From: Rebecca billardiae RCC1528
Taxonomy: Eukaryota; Protista; Haptophyta
Assembly (NCBI GenBank): GCA_965240325.2
Contig: OZ251248.1
Coordinates: 744,001 to 808,000 of the forward strand
Direction: 5' to 3'
DNA length: 64,000 nt
The notes under the pieces are model-generated. The model was given only the letters and a program-made list of their open reading frames with translations, searched no databases and had not been told where the DNA came from. This document shows positions 35,698 through 48,255 of this stretch, in pieces. The translations under genes were made by a program, and so were the position numbers. Positions within the stretch are counted from its first letter, which is position 1. The number at the start of each line of letters is the position of its first letter.

Positions 35698-36998
35698 GCG
35701 CCGGGTGTGCACCCGAGCGCGCAGCGGGCGTCGCCGCACGGCGCGCTTGCTGCAGCTGCGCCGGGGCCCGCCCCGCGCGGCGACACGGACCGTGACCCGT
35801 TCCCGGGCCTTCTCTACGACGAGTCGTATGTTTACGCACAACGACTGCCGTGCCTGCGACCAAGCTACCGCCTTGAGCGCAACTGGCGAGCACGGCTGCT
35901 GCGCTGCACGCTCCGGCAGCGACGGCTGACTGCCGAGCAGCGGCAGCGCAGCGGCCAAGCGATCTGCACCCTTGCATGACGCGCATTGTCGAGATGACTG
36001 ATCCATACTGTGACGATGCTGCCGCGACGTAATTGTTTCTACGCTATGAGTCGTACGTACGAGCCCGACCGCGGAGCAGCGGGGGCCACGTGCGTAACTA
36101 TGTGTGTGGCCTTGGCAACTGGCCTGGTCATTGGCTGCCCTGGCGGCCTGGCCGGGCGCCGCGGGGTGGTCCAGACATAACTAGTATCTTCGAGCCGGCC
36201 CGGGCGGATGCGGGAGATTTTTCGGGCATCGCCGCCGCCACGTTGAACGTTCAACGTCAATTGGCAGGCCGCAGCGCCTCCCCGGCCGCGCTCAGAATCT
36301 ACTTGCCGTGATTCCTCGTTGATCCGATCAAGTTGATGGCTGCCGCTCGTGCGCCCGGCACGTGACGACTTGAGACGACGCAGAAAGGGCAACTGCGTGA
36401 CGCAGACAGCTCCGCGGTGTCCGATCGGCCGCGCGCTTCCATCCGAAGACCGTAGACCTGCGACCTTGCGCACCCTGCCGAGATCTTGGAGCTGGTGGGA
36501 GCCGACTGGCGGCTGAATGACCCTCGGGAGCCAACGCCTGCGCGCTGAGAAGTCTGAGTGGCTGGCTGCGCATTCAGCTCGGGCTATGATGTGCATCCAG
36601 TGTGCTAGCAGGTGACAAGCGTCGGTTGGCTCGTCGCACGCGGAACGCCAATCTAGCAGCAGTAGGCTCATTGATCAGCAGTGATCGATCGGCCAGAGGC
36701 GCATGGCGGCCCGGGCTCTGATTTGCGACGAGAGTGCCCGAATCAGTTAAAGGCGGCGAGCTGGGCCGGTGGCTGCCTCGTCAGTCGGCGCCGTTTAGTG
36801 CTGCGGGGATATAATTGGCACGTACGGCCGGCACGGACAGCTAGCATGATGACATGATACAGTCCGCCCGCCGGATCATATTCCGATGCCAGCGCGCGCC
36901 ACAACCGCCACGTGACGACCGCCAGGCACCACGGGCACGGCCGGCATCGGCTCCGCGCCATCACGACTGGCGCGTCCACCGGCCATCCTGCCGAACCA

Positions 36999-39900
36999 TC
37001 ACGACGCCTCCAGCGTGCGCCTGCGCCGGGCGAAGGCCGAGCCGTGCCCCGCGGCCGCGGCCGAGGCGCGCGCGGCGGCCGGCCCGCCGCGGCCGCGCTC
37101 TCCGCCGACAGCTCGCGGCGCGCCACCCTCCTGCAGACTGGCGCCGCCCTTGCGCGCCGCCGCCGCCGCCGCCGCCCCCGGCCGCGGCTGCTGTGACCAC
37201 GCGTGCTGTGCGGGCGGTGGTGCGTGCTGGGCGCGTGCCCCGCTCGCCATCGAGTCGCGAGGCCCAACCGGGCGGCGCTCGGCGGACGCCTCCGAGCTGA
37301 GGAGTGCCGTGCCCTGCCCGCTGCCGCCGTCCGCGGCCGCAACCTCCGCTGGCGCAGTGCCTGGTCGCAGCTGCATCCAGGCAGGCGGCGGCAGCCGCGC
37401 CGTCGGGCGCTCCGCTGCGCGCTCGGCGAGATGCGGCGGGTCCCCGCGGCGCGGCGAGAGCCCGGTGTACAGGTTTCCCGGGAGCGTCACCGCCGAGCGC
37501 GCACGGCCGGGCCCGTAGGGCGGTGGGTATCGGGCTGAGGCCAGCAGCGCACTGTTCGGTCGCGAGTCGTCAGCCGCGCCGCCGCCGCCGCCGCCGCCGC
37601 CGGGGAAGTCAGCTGCGTGCGGTGTGGGCGCTCGGGGGAAGTGCGCCGTCGCGCCCAGCGGCGGCGGCGGCGGCGAAGCACCGCCCTGCGGCTGCTGCTG
37701 CCGCATGAACTGCTGCAGCGTCTGCCCCGGCACCAGGGCGCGCTCGCCGCGCGCGCGCGCCTCCACCGAGCCGCGCGTCGGCCGCGCGGGCGGCTGCAGC
37801 GCTGCCGGCGTCGCTGGCCTGGGCCCCTTGGTGCTGTGGCCACCTTCCAGAACGGTCGGGTCGTGCAGCAGGTTGAGCAGCGCGGGGTCGAGCACGGGCG
37901 CGCCGCACGCCAGGCAGCGCACGCCGTCCTCGCCCTCGTCGCCCGCCGCTGTCGGCGGCGCGCCGCCGCCGACCCCGAGGCCGTCCGCGCCGCCGCCGCC
38001 GCCGCCGCCGCCGCCACGCCCAGCGAGCGCGTGCGCCGTGCCTGAGAGCTTTGCGTGTGCGCTTGCGGCTGTGCCCGCGCCCGGCCGGCCAGGAACGGGC
38101 GGCGCGGTGCCCGCGCGCTGCTGCAGCAGCGTGCTCGAGCCGCCGCCGAGGAAGCGGTGCAGGTGGAACGCGACAGACTGCAGCTTGAGCTGCGCGTCGT
38201 ACGCCGAGCGCTCCGCCTCCTGCTTCTCCTCGACGCCCCTCTCGATCGCCCGGTGGCACTCTGTCAGCCTGAGGCCCTGCGTGCGCAGCGACTTTTGGAG
38301 GCCGCTGATCCGCGCCGTGTCGCGCGGGTGGCGCCACTTGCTCACCGCGTGGTCCACGCGGTGCATGCTCGTCGCGGCCGGCGGCTCGTGCAGCCGCTCG
38401 CGCCGCGCGAGCCGCAGCTGGTGCGTCACGAAGGCCACCTCGTGAGAGATGTCGTCCGATCGCTCGCCGAGCGGCACCGGCGTCGACGAGTGCGGTACGC
38501 CGGCCGAGGGCTCTGTGAGGTAGTGGCGCAGCGGCGGCGGCTGGTGCGCGCCGCCGCCCTCGCCGTACTCCGAGCCCGCCGTCACGGACGCGAGCTCGGA
38601 GATCCGATCTCCTGCCTCCGCCCGCGAGATTGCATCTCCCGCCTCCGCCCGCGAGATTGCATCTCCCGCCTCGGCGCCCTCGGCTGATGGGTCAGCTGCG
38701 GGCGCCGCGGGCGCAGACTCGTCGGCCGCGAGCGGCGCAGAGGCGGGTGCAGCGCCTGCGCCGGCGCCCTCGCCATCCACGCCGCGCGGCGCCGCCGTGC
38801 CGGGCGCCGCCGCCACGCCGCCCGCGCCAGCCGCGGGCGCGGCGCCAGCTGCCGGCGGCGCAGGCGTCGCGGCGGCGGCGGGCGGCGCCGCGCCGTCCGC
38901 GGCGCCTGATGGCGCGCCGGCGCCGGCGCCGGCGCCGCTCGGGGCTGCGCGCTGCTCTGACGCCACACTCGACGACTGGCGGCGCGGCGCCGGCGGCGGC
39001 GCGGCGCCACCGGGCTGCCACTCGCTCGCGTGCGAGCCCGCAGTGCCGCCGGCGCCTCCGCCGGCAGCGGCGCCGGCGGCGCCGCCGCCATGGCTACCGC
39101 CGCCCACGCTCAATGCCGCCTCCGCCTCGGCCGCCGCAACGTGTGCCGCCAGCGTGGCCGCGCCCGCCACGCCGCTCGGCGCGTAGCCCACGCCGCCTGC
39201 CTGCGCCTCCGCCTGCGCCGCCGCCTGCGCCGCCGCCTCCGCCTCCGCCGCCGCACCCGCGCCCAGCTCCGCAGGCATGAACCCGGGCCGACACAGCCAC
39301 TCGACACGCCTCACAACGGCGGCGCACAGGTCGCCGTTCCTCTGCGCCACCTTGCGGGTGCTGAGCAGCTCGGACGCGAGCTCCTGCGCGCGCGCGGGCG
39401 TGCGCGGGGTGCAGGGCGGGGCGCGCGGCCGCGTGCTCGGGGGGTGAGGGCACGCCCAGCGGGGCGCGAGTAGAGGGCCGCCGCGGCCGGCCACGGCACT
39501 GCGGCACGGCGCGTCCGTCGCGCGCGGGGGCGCGCGCGCACGCGCGGGGGCGCGCGGGCGCGCGCGCAGCGCCGGCTGATGGATGGCTGCGCGGCGGCGG
39601 CGAGCGGCGCGCACCAGCTCGACGCGCAGCGCGCGCTGCCGCTCGGCGCCGAGCTCGAGCGCGCTCGCCTCGCGCTGCTCGCGCAGCTGCACCACCAGCT
39701 CGGCCCTCGCCATGTCCCGCTCATCCGCCAGCCTGGTCAGCTCGCTTTCAAACTCGGCGCGGACGAGCTCGGTGCCCTGGGCCAGCCGGTGCTCGGTCTC
39801 GGCGAGCTTCTTGACCATGCGGAGCCTCTCGGCGTACCACTCGGCGTCGGCGTCGGCGATCGAGCCGGCGACCACGCCGAGCTCGGCCTCGAGCCGCTCG

Positions 39901-41521
39901 CCCCACGCGATCGACAGCGCGAGCGCGCCGCTCTGCGCCGACGCGGCGGAGCGCTCAGCCACCAGGTCGTCCGACTTGGCGTTGAGCAGCTTCTTCAGCC
40001 GCTCGTTGTCGGCGCGCACGGAGTGGAGCAGGGTGCGCGCCTCGTCGCGGTCGTGCACCAGCACGGCCACCTCCTTCGAGTGCTGCTGCGTCAGCGCGTG
40101 CTCGCGCTCGCGCAGCTTCTTGCGCAGCTCCTCGTCGCGCTTCCGCTTCAATTCCTCGAGCTCCTTCGCCTTAATCTGGAGCCGCGAGATCTCGGCGGCC
40201 TGGTTGGTCATCCGCCCCTCGTACTCGGCGCGCACGGTGGCGTGCTTCTCGAGGAGCTCGTCGTGCTCGGCGCGCAGCACCGCGAGCCGCCCCTCCGTCT
40301 CGCCCAGCGTCGAGCGCAGCTGCTCCGTGTGTCGCGTGTGCTTGAGCTCGGTCGCGCGCACCGCCTCGCGGCCCGCGACCTCGAGCGCGATCACTCGGTT
40401 TTCAAACTCGGTGTGCGTCGACTCGGAGACCTTCTCGGTGCGGCTGCGCGCGTGGGTCGTCGCCGCGCGGTACTCGTCGAGCTTGAGCTTCACGCGCGCC
40501 AGCTCCGTCGCCAGGCTGCGCTGCGACTCCTTCGCTCGGTGTGCCTCGGCCTCGGCGCTCGCAACCCGCGCAGACGCATCCTCCTTGGCTGCGGTCGCCT
40601 TCGCGCGCTGCAGCGTCACGTCCTTCTGCAGCGAGACGATCTGCTCGTTGAGCCCGGCGACGGTCATGTCGTACCGCCGCTCCATCGCCGCCAGCTTCAG
40701 GTCGAGCTCCGACTGCAGCGCCGCGCCCTCGTTCCGCGATTGCACGGCCGCGGCCGAGCGCGCCTGCGCGCGCGCCGGCACAAGAGCAGGCCGCGTCGGC
40801 GTCGGCGCCAGCTCGCGTGAGCGACGCGCGGCGCGGTGCCGCGCCGAGGGCGCGCGACGCGTGGTGCCGCTGCGCGCGCGCACACGCCGCGCGCGCGCGC
40901 ACGCACCTGCTCGACGCGGCTGGTCGCCGTCGAGCGCGCGGCCGTGTCGCGCCCGCGCGCCTGTGCGATGCTGTCGACGTAAAGCTCGCGCGCGAGCGCG
41001 TGGACGGAGCCGATGATGGTGGCCTGCGCGGAGGACCAGTCCTTCTGCGTCTGCACGAACGCGTCGAGCGCCTGCGAGAAGCTCGCGTACACCGTGTGCA
41101 GCAGCCCCTGCAGCGCGCCGTTCAGCGCCTCGTGCTCGGCGCGCAGCTGCGGCTTCAGCTGCTCGTGCACGCCCGGGTTGGAGAAGTAGGTCTCGAGGCG
41201 CGCGGCCTCGAGCTCGGTCTGCAGCTCGAGGAGTCGCTCGCCCAGGTACCGCCCGAGCCCCGCGGTGAGCGCCTCGTGCCGCTTCGCCACGTCGTCGATC
41301 TTGGATGCGAACTGCACCTCGCCGTGCACCTCGGCCTTGCTCTGCAGCGGGCGCTCGGCGCCGGCGTTGGCGATGAGGTTCTCGAGGTCGTGGCGCGTGA
41401 GGCGGAGGCGCGCGCGCTCAGCGTTCGCCTCCTGCTCGATCGAGATCCGCCGCGCGCGCCGCGAGAGCTCCGCGGCCGTGAGCTTCGCCTTGCCGGGGGA
41501 GGCGCCCTCAGCCTCCTCCAT
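36999..41521 (-). CDS. Large coiled-coil protein with low-complexity C-terminal half; exons ~41521-40907, 40763-39615, 39383-36999
   Basis: Long E/L/R/A heptad-rich frames are joined by GTGCG...GCAG introns. Contains a 9-aa repeat AEAGDAISR. The 3' end is uncertain. Confidence 0.75.
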
Positions 41522-41725
41522 GGCGTAACTCACTGCTTGCTTTGTTCGTTACTCGTGCCTGTGGACTTCAGTCATCGGTTACTGTGAAATGTAAGTCGCC
41601 GTCAACCCGCGAAAGGTCGATCGATGTAAAAGGTTCCCACGCGCTCGACTGCCGGCCCGCCCCGCCCGCCCCGGCCGGGCCGGAGGCGACCCACACCACT
41701 CCGCAGCGCCGGCCAAACGAACGAC

Positions 41726-42649
41726 TCAGACAGGCCCCGCGAGGGGCTGGGGACGGTACGCATCGAACGTCGCGGCCGTAAAGCCATCGAGCGCCGCGCG
41801 CGCGCCGACGGCAGCCTCGGTGAACGGCGCCTCGCGCGCGCCGTACCGACGGCGCGTCGGCTCGTCGCAGCACGCGCACACGACATACGCCCAATCGGCT
41901 TCGTCAAACGGCTCGAGGCTGACCGCGCCCGGCTCGGCGCTGGCGAGGAGCCGCGTTCCCTCGCGCGCGCTCTGCAGCATGGCGCGGGCACGCGCCGCAG
42001 CTTCAGGGCGCGACTCGCCACCGGGCGGCGCGCCCGGCCCGCCGCGCCTGCCCGCGCGGCCGCCGCCGCCCCTGCCGCCGCCGCCAGCGCCGCCCCACCG
42101 GCGGCGGCCGAGCTGCACGAGCTCGTCGTCGCTCATGTGGCCCGCATCCCAGTGCGTCCGGTAGGGGTAGGCCACCTTGATCCGGAGCCTCCCTACCCCG
42201 CACGGCCGCAGCTCACGCCGGTGCCACTCGAGCAGGCCGAGCGTGCACGACAGTCGCTCCTCGGACGAGGAGTGGTGGCACGGCTGCAGGTTGAGCCGAA
42301 GCACGACCTCGAGCGGCCCGAGGCCGGCTTCGTGCGCGGCGCGTAGCGCGGCGGTGAAGCGCGCGTCTCGCATGAGCGCGCCCTCCGCGTGCTCGCGCTG
42401 CGACGTGTTCGTGTGCAGCGCGGCGTGCGCCTCGGAGCCGTCCGCGCACACGACCGTTGCGACGAGTGCCGTCGTCTTCCCGCGGCAGCACTCGCCGCCC
42501 GCGCGTAGGCACACGGGGCGCTCGATCCCGGCCTCGGGCGTGGCCTTGACGTGGTAGAAAGCCTCGCAGAAGTCCTCCGCGCCAAGCTGCGCCACTGGCA
42601 GGGGCGGCTTCAAAACAATGCTGCTCTCCTGGGCCGCAGCAGCGGCCAT
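41726..42649 (-). CDS. AID/APOBEC-like zinc-dependent cytidine deaminase
   Basis: FCEAFYH, HTN..REHAE, VVLRLNLQPCHHSSSEERLSC, LRIKVAYPY, AREGTRLL and LEPFDEADW appear in the order expected for the AID/APOBEC fold. The gene is intronless. Confidence 0.8.
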   Translation of the reverse strand: MAAAAAQESSIVLKPPLPVAQLGAEDFCEAFYHVKATPEAGIERPVCLRAGGECCRGKTTALVATVVCADGSEAHAALHTNTSQREHAEGALMRDARFTAALRAAHEAGLGPLEVVLRLNLQPCHHSSSEERLSCTLGLLEWHRRELRPCGVGRLRIKVAYPYRTHWDAGHMSDDELVQLGRRRWGGAGGGGRGGGGRAGRRGGPGAPPGGESRPEAAARARAMLQSAREGTRLLASAEPGAVSLEPFDEADWAYVVCACCDEPTRRRYGAREAPFTEAAVGARAALDGFTAATFDAYRPQPLAGPV

Positions 42650-43324
42650 CGTGAGTGAGTCTCCGCGTCCGTGATGTTGAGCCGCCTCGCGGCTGCGACG
42701 GTTGGGCCAAACGGAAAGGAATGAAAGGGGGCTTGCTCTGGCTGACTTGGACAATATGGACGTATTGTCGTCGGCGCGCGTGAATAAATCGTGGGATATA
42801 TGCGGACATCATCCGTTTCCTAGCTAGGCGTACCAGCTGGTACAGTATTCGACTGTACATATTGTGCGTGCCGGCTGCATGCGCGTCCGGGCGTCCAGCG
42901 CCGCGCCGGCACCGCGCAGGCGCGCTGCCCTGCCGGCCGCGGACGCACCGGACTCCGAGTCCGACAGCGGTCGGCTGCCGGGGCGCTGCCCCCGGGCCGA
43001 CCGTGAAGTGCCGCAGGCTGTGAGTGTGAGGCTGCAGCCCGACTGGCCGGGCGCCGCGGCGCGCGGCGACGTAGCCTTGACGCAGCCGTCAGCGGCGTGC
43101 GTTCGTGCCCGTGGTCGTGGATGGTGGCGCCTTCGCGGTGGCGCCTCGCCCCACAGAAGTCGCATGCAGACCATCCAGTCACCGTCGGCCTCGGCCACTG
43201 GCCGGCCAGCGGCGCGCAATCGAAAAGATGAATGTGCCAATGCCTGCCAGAGGGCTCCGCGGACCGACCCGCCCACTTCTGCCGCCAGCCCGCCCATGGA
43301 CGCTCGAGCTGAGCGCGATCGCCC

Positions 43325-44800
43325 TCACTTCGCCTTCCGCGCGTGCGAGCCGTCGTTGGCGAACATCGACGACGTCGACGCTGGCCTGTACATCGACATT
43401 CGGCTGGTCATCGTGTTCTTGATGTCGCCGCCGTGCTCCGCGCCCATCAGCCGCTCAAAGCTCGCGCGGTCGATTGTCCACGCCTGCGCGGCGCGGACGC
43501 GCACGGCCGGGTCAGGTGTGAGCGGCCGGGCGCGGTGCGCGTGTGTGCCAGCCGCGCGCGCGGGCAGGCCGATGCGCGGCGGCGCGCACCTTCACCAGCC
43601 CCTCCGCCATCACCGTCGCAGCCCGCGGCTCATCTGTGATTAGCGAGCGCTCGCCAAAATAGTCTCCGGCAGAATGGCGGCCCACTTCTTGCCTCTGCGT
43701 GATGCCGTGTACCCGCACGTCCTGGAACGCGACCGCCGTGCCCTGCGCGACGGCGCGCGTGGGCGCCGCACGCAGCGTCACCGGCCTGCGCCGCGCCGCG
43801 AGCGCCGCGGACGCCCCTCGCTCGCTCGCTGGCGCTGAGCGCATGCAGGCGTGCGTGCGCGCCGCCGCGCTCCCCGCGCCGCCCGCCCGCACGCCTTCCG
43901 ACGCGCCAGACGGAGCGCACCGCGCGCCACGCGCATCCCCGCGCGCGCATACACCCCGCTCGCCCCGTGCGTGCCCCCGCCGCGCGCGCACCTCCTCGAT
44001 GATGAACATGGCGTCCCCATACGCACCCTGCTGGATGATCACCTCGTTGTCCTTGAACTCGCGCGAGAGCAGCGCGTCGGCGAGCTTGGCGCGCTCGCCC
44101 TTCGAGAGGGTTGAGATGACGGGCACCTTGGCGAGCCAGGCGTCGGATACCGCCACGCGGTCCTTGCTCTTGTTCGTCACCATCCGGCGGAAGGTGCCGC
44201 GGTCAAGCCGCCACAACACGCCCGCCTCCATCGCGACGACCGTCGCGGCGCGCGGCGCGTTGTACATCAGCGCGAGCTCGCCAAAGAAGCCGGTGCCGTT
44301 GTACTCGTAGACCTTCTTGCCGTCCTTGTCGACGCGGTACTTGCCCTTCTCGATGATGTAGAAGAACTCCGAGTCGCGCGAGCCCTGCTCCATCAGCTTG
44401 TCGCCGACGGCGCACTCGGCTCTCTCCATCGCATCGACAATCTCGTCGAGCAGCTTCGAGTCGAGGTCGGCGAAGAGGAAGATGCCGCTCACCGCCTGCT
44501 TGAGGAAGGTGCGCTGCGTGGCACTCTTCGGGATCACCTTCTTCTTTGCAGGAGCCCCCGTCTCCTTGTCCGCCTGCACGGCGCGTGCGGCCGCGCGATG
44601 AGCGGCCGCGTCGCACGTGCGCTCGCGCGCATCGCGGGCGCGCGCGCGGCGCGCACTTCCGCAGAGACGGATCCTCGCCGCTTTGTGTTGAACGACTCGG
44701 GCATGCGCCCGGACGTGTCCCGCTCCGGCGGCCGCCCATCGCTGCTCGGGTCGGCCAAGCTGACCGCCGAGCGCTCGGGGGCGGAGGCGCCACAGCCCAT
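43325..44800 (-). CDS. cAMP-dependent protein kinase regulatory subunit; exons 44800-44657, 44573-43992, 43742-43590, 43483-43325
   Basis: Inhibitor site KRRGSVSAE and two phosphate-binding cassettes, FGELALMYNAPRAATV and FGERSLITDEPRAATV. The N-terminus is MGCGAS. Confidence 0.93.
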
Positions 44801-46117
44801 GGTGGCTGCCCACTGCTTCAGCCGTATGTATTCACCCGTCCACTGCCTGCTGAAAGGCCGAAACCGTCGTCGTCGCGGCGTCTTTCGCCAGAAATCGCAT
44901 TTTCATTTTTGATGCAAAGATTTTCTCGCGGCGGTCTGTCTGTCACCGTGTCACGCCCACGCCCGCACAGACCTGCCCGGGCAGACGTACAGGCAATCGC
45001 GGGCAATAAGGAGCTGTCACGTTAAGAAACTGGGGCTTGCTATCTGCGGATCTGGCCTAGAAACTGAGACTAGCGATTGGCTGGTTCGCTATACGCATAG
45101 TCACACTAAGAAACCGGGACTGCGTCTGCGTCGTAAATCGTAGCGGCTGACGAGTGGTCCGCCGAGGCGCAGTCGGCCCGTGGGACGCGGCGCGCGGCCC
45201 GACTACGAGTACAGGCCAAGTCCCGACTTCTCCTGATGACTGACTCCTGGCCAGTGCACCGCAGCATCCATGCAACATCATGCCAGATTTGCTCCAAAAT
45301 GATGGCCCAAATTTTTCTTCGGCCTCGCCGGCCGGGCCTGACTCCCAGTGGCACCGTGACCGTGCTAGCATTCAGTCAGGGAACGCGTCTTGCAAGGCAT
45401 GACGGTCGCGGTCAGCGGCGGCGGCCGTTCGGCTGCGATGCTGTAGTGCGTTGTTATGCAATAAAGCGTGTTGTGAAGTGCTCGGGCTGCTCGGCTCATG
45501 TTTCGTTCATTTATATTTCAGAATCATCTGGAGATTGGAATGCTTCGAGTTCGAGATGCCGCCGCCAGCCATGCTGTCCTGCTGTATTAACAGTGTCTAT
45601 ATTTTAATAGGATGAGGTTCAGGATGATGCGATTTTGGAGGATTTTCAGTGCCGAGCGCCGCCGCAGCGGTCGCGCCGCCACTGTGTGACTGCGAGTAAA
45701 ATGTTGGATTGATGGAAATTGGAAATCACTGCAAATTGATGGCGCGATCGATTCCTTCGAAAATAATTATCATTATATATAATTATAAATATTATTATTT
45801 ATAATAAATATATATATATGCATGGTCATTCTTATTACAGCAGCAATTATTGCTGATATATGATGAATGGGTTATTCGCTCCGGTAGTTATTCCCGCGGA
45901 TTTTGATAATAATAATTGATGTCGGATGCGTGGGAGTTTTTTATTTATTTATAATAAAGTATTTACGGGTACTACTCGGCGGGGCTAGCTGATATCCGAA
46001 GCTGCTGCCGCGCAGCGCGCGCCACACGGTCACGGGCACGCGCTGCCAGGCCGCGGCCTGCCCGCGACCGCGTCCGCGACCCGTCCGGTTCTTAGAATCA
46101 TCATACTGCATGACGGG

Positions 46118-48019
46118 TCAGTCGTCATCGTCGAAGCTCTCCTGCTTCACCTCCTTGGGGAAGATGAGGAGCCACATGAACGAGAGCAGCGCGAGGATGT
46201 TGAACACGTACAGGAACACGTTATTTCGGAAGAAGGCCTCGAGCACGCGCAGGTTCTCTACCTGCACGCCCAGCAGCATGTCGATGTCGGTCAGCCGCGT
46301 GTACAGGCTGAACGACTCCTGGCAGAAGTGCACGACCGCGACGGAGCAGAGCAGGATGAGCTCGGTGTTGAAGAGCAGCGAGTTCATCATCGTCGCGCCG
46401 ATCCGCATCGGGTGGATCTGGAAGATGAACACGCGCAGGCCTGCGCGCGCGACGCACGCAGCGGGCGCGCGGGCGGGCGCGGCGCGCGGGGCAGCCGTCA
46501 GTCAGGTGGCGGCCGAGTGCCGCCCAGCCGCTGGGCGCGTCCGCACCCCAGCGCGCGCGCGCGCGCGCCACGGCTTCGCGCCGGCGCGCCCGTGGGCGCC
46601 CCGGCCCCGCGCTCGGCGCGCCCGCCCTCCCGCCCTCCCGCCCGCGCCTCCCCCGCGCCCCGCACCGAACTTGATGTTGCCCTTGATCACGCACAGCAGC
46701 AGGTAGACCGCAAAGATGGCGTACGTGAGCGTGCCAAAGAGGGGAAAGACGCGGTCGAGCGCGACGAAGTACGAGTTGAGGAAGGGGCTGACGGGGGGCT
46801 GGACGAAGGTGTACAGGATCACGTGGATGATCCACAGCACCGAGAGCACCAGCGAGAAGAGCCCGCCCACCAGCTGCAGCAGGAAGATGAGCGGGTTGCC
46901 GCCGCGCTGCTTATACGCAACCTTCACCTTCTCCCAGTCCTTGTCCAGAAAGTACACGGCCTGCTTGAACTTGTTGTACGTGCGCCGGTTGGCGCGGGTG
47001 CGCTTCGCGTGGCGGCCCTCCGCCTTGAACTTCTTGCCGATCTCGAGCAGCTTCGCCGCGCGCTCGTTCAGCAGCATCTTCTGCTTGGCGAACTCCTCGA
47101 GGTCGATGCGCTGCGGCCGGTTTGCGTAGTCGTTGAGCAGGTCGAGCGGCATCGCCGCGATGCCGATGCCGCCGAAGACGACGAAGAAGAACCAGCCGAG
47201 GAAGGAGATCATCGCCATGATGTACACGCTCGGCGTGATGTTGATCGTCAGCTGCGCAGGGATGCTCGTGCACTGCGCGCGCGCGCGCGCGGATTTTGCG
47301 GCGGAGGCGCCGCGGCGGCTGAGCGCGAGCCCGCCTGCACGCCTCGCATCGCATCGCACCGCCGCGCGCGCGCGCGCGGCGCGCGGCGCGCGGCGCGTAC
47401 GCTGGCGCCGCTGCAGACGCTGCCGTAGTCTGAGCTCTTCCAGTCCAGATCGGCCTTCGCCTGCAGCTTCGCGACGGGCACGTCCGCCACGCCGAGGAAC
47501 GCCCACATGAGGAACGTGACGAAGAGGGACACGAAGACCGACAGCATCGTCCACTTGACGGCGGTCCACATCTGCGACTGCGACGAGTCGGGGTCCTCCG
47601 CCTCGTAGTAGAAGATGGCGAAGGGGATGATCGCGATGCACCACACCGCGATCGTCGTGTACAGGATCTGCCACACGATGTCTATTCTCAGCCCGCCGGC
47701 GACTTTGGTGTTAGCAATGTCCAGCGGCAGGGCGCACACGACCCACGCGGCGAGCGCGAGGCCGATGAGCTGCGGCGCGGGCGGCGGGTGGCGGGCGGGT
47801 GGCGGGGGTCGTCACTCGCGCGCGTGCGCCCGGGCCCCGCGCTCGCGCTCGCGCGCGCGCATCGCGCCGCGCGCGATGCGCACGTACCACCACGACCTTT
47901 GGCGCCCACGCGACGTTCTTGTCCTCCTCGTGCTGGAAGTAGACGAGGATGTAGAGCGCGCCGGCCAGGGTCATCACCATGATGACCAGCATGCCGATCA
48001 GCAGCATCACGTCGATCAT
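46118..48019 (-). CDS. LMBR1-domain (LIMR family) membrane protein, 3 introns
   Basis: LVYFQHEEDKNVAWAPK, LPLDIAN, IPFAIFYYE, FGGIGIAAMPLDL, CVIKGNIKFG and IHPMRIGATMMNSLLFN. Confidence 0.92.
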
Positions 48020-48255
48020 CGCGCCCACGCGCGCGTCCGCGCCGCGCGGCGGCGGTGTCTCGGAGGATGGAGGTTGCGCAGCGGGCGGGCGGCCGCCACC
48101 CTTGTGTTGATCAGCCGCCCGGACTGCGGCTTGACGAAGTCGACTGCTATGAGCCGAGCCGGTACTTATCCAGTACTTGCCCATGGGGGTATGCAAGCGT
48201 TGTCGGCCGTCCCGGACTGTTGCGGCGGCTCGGCCCCATCGGACACGGCGCTAAT

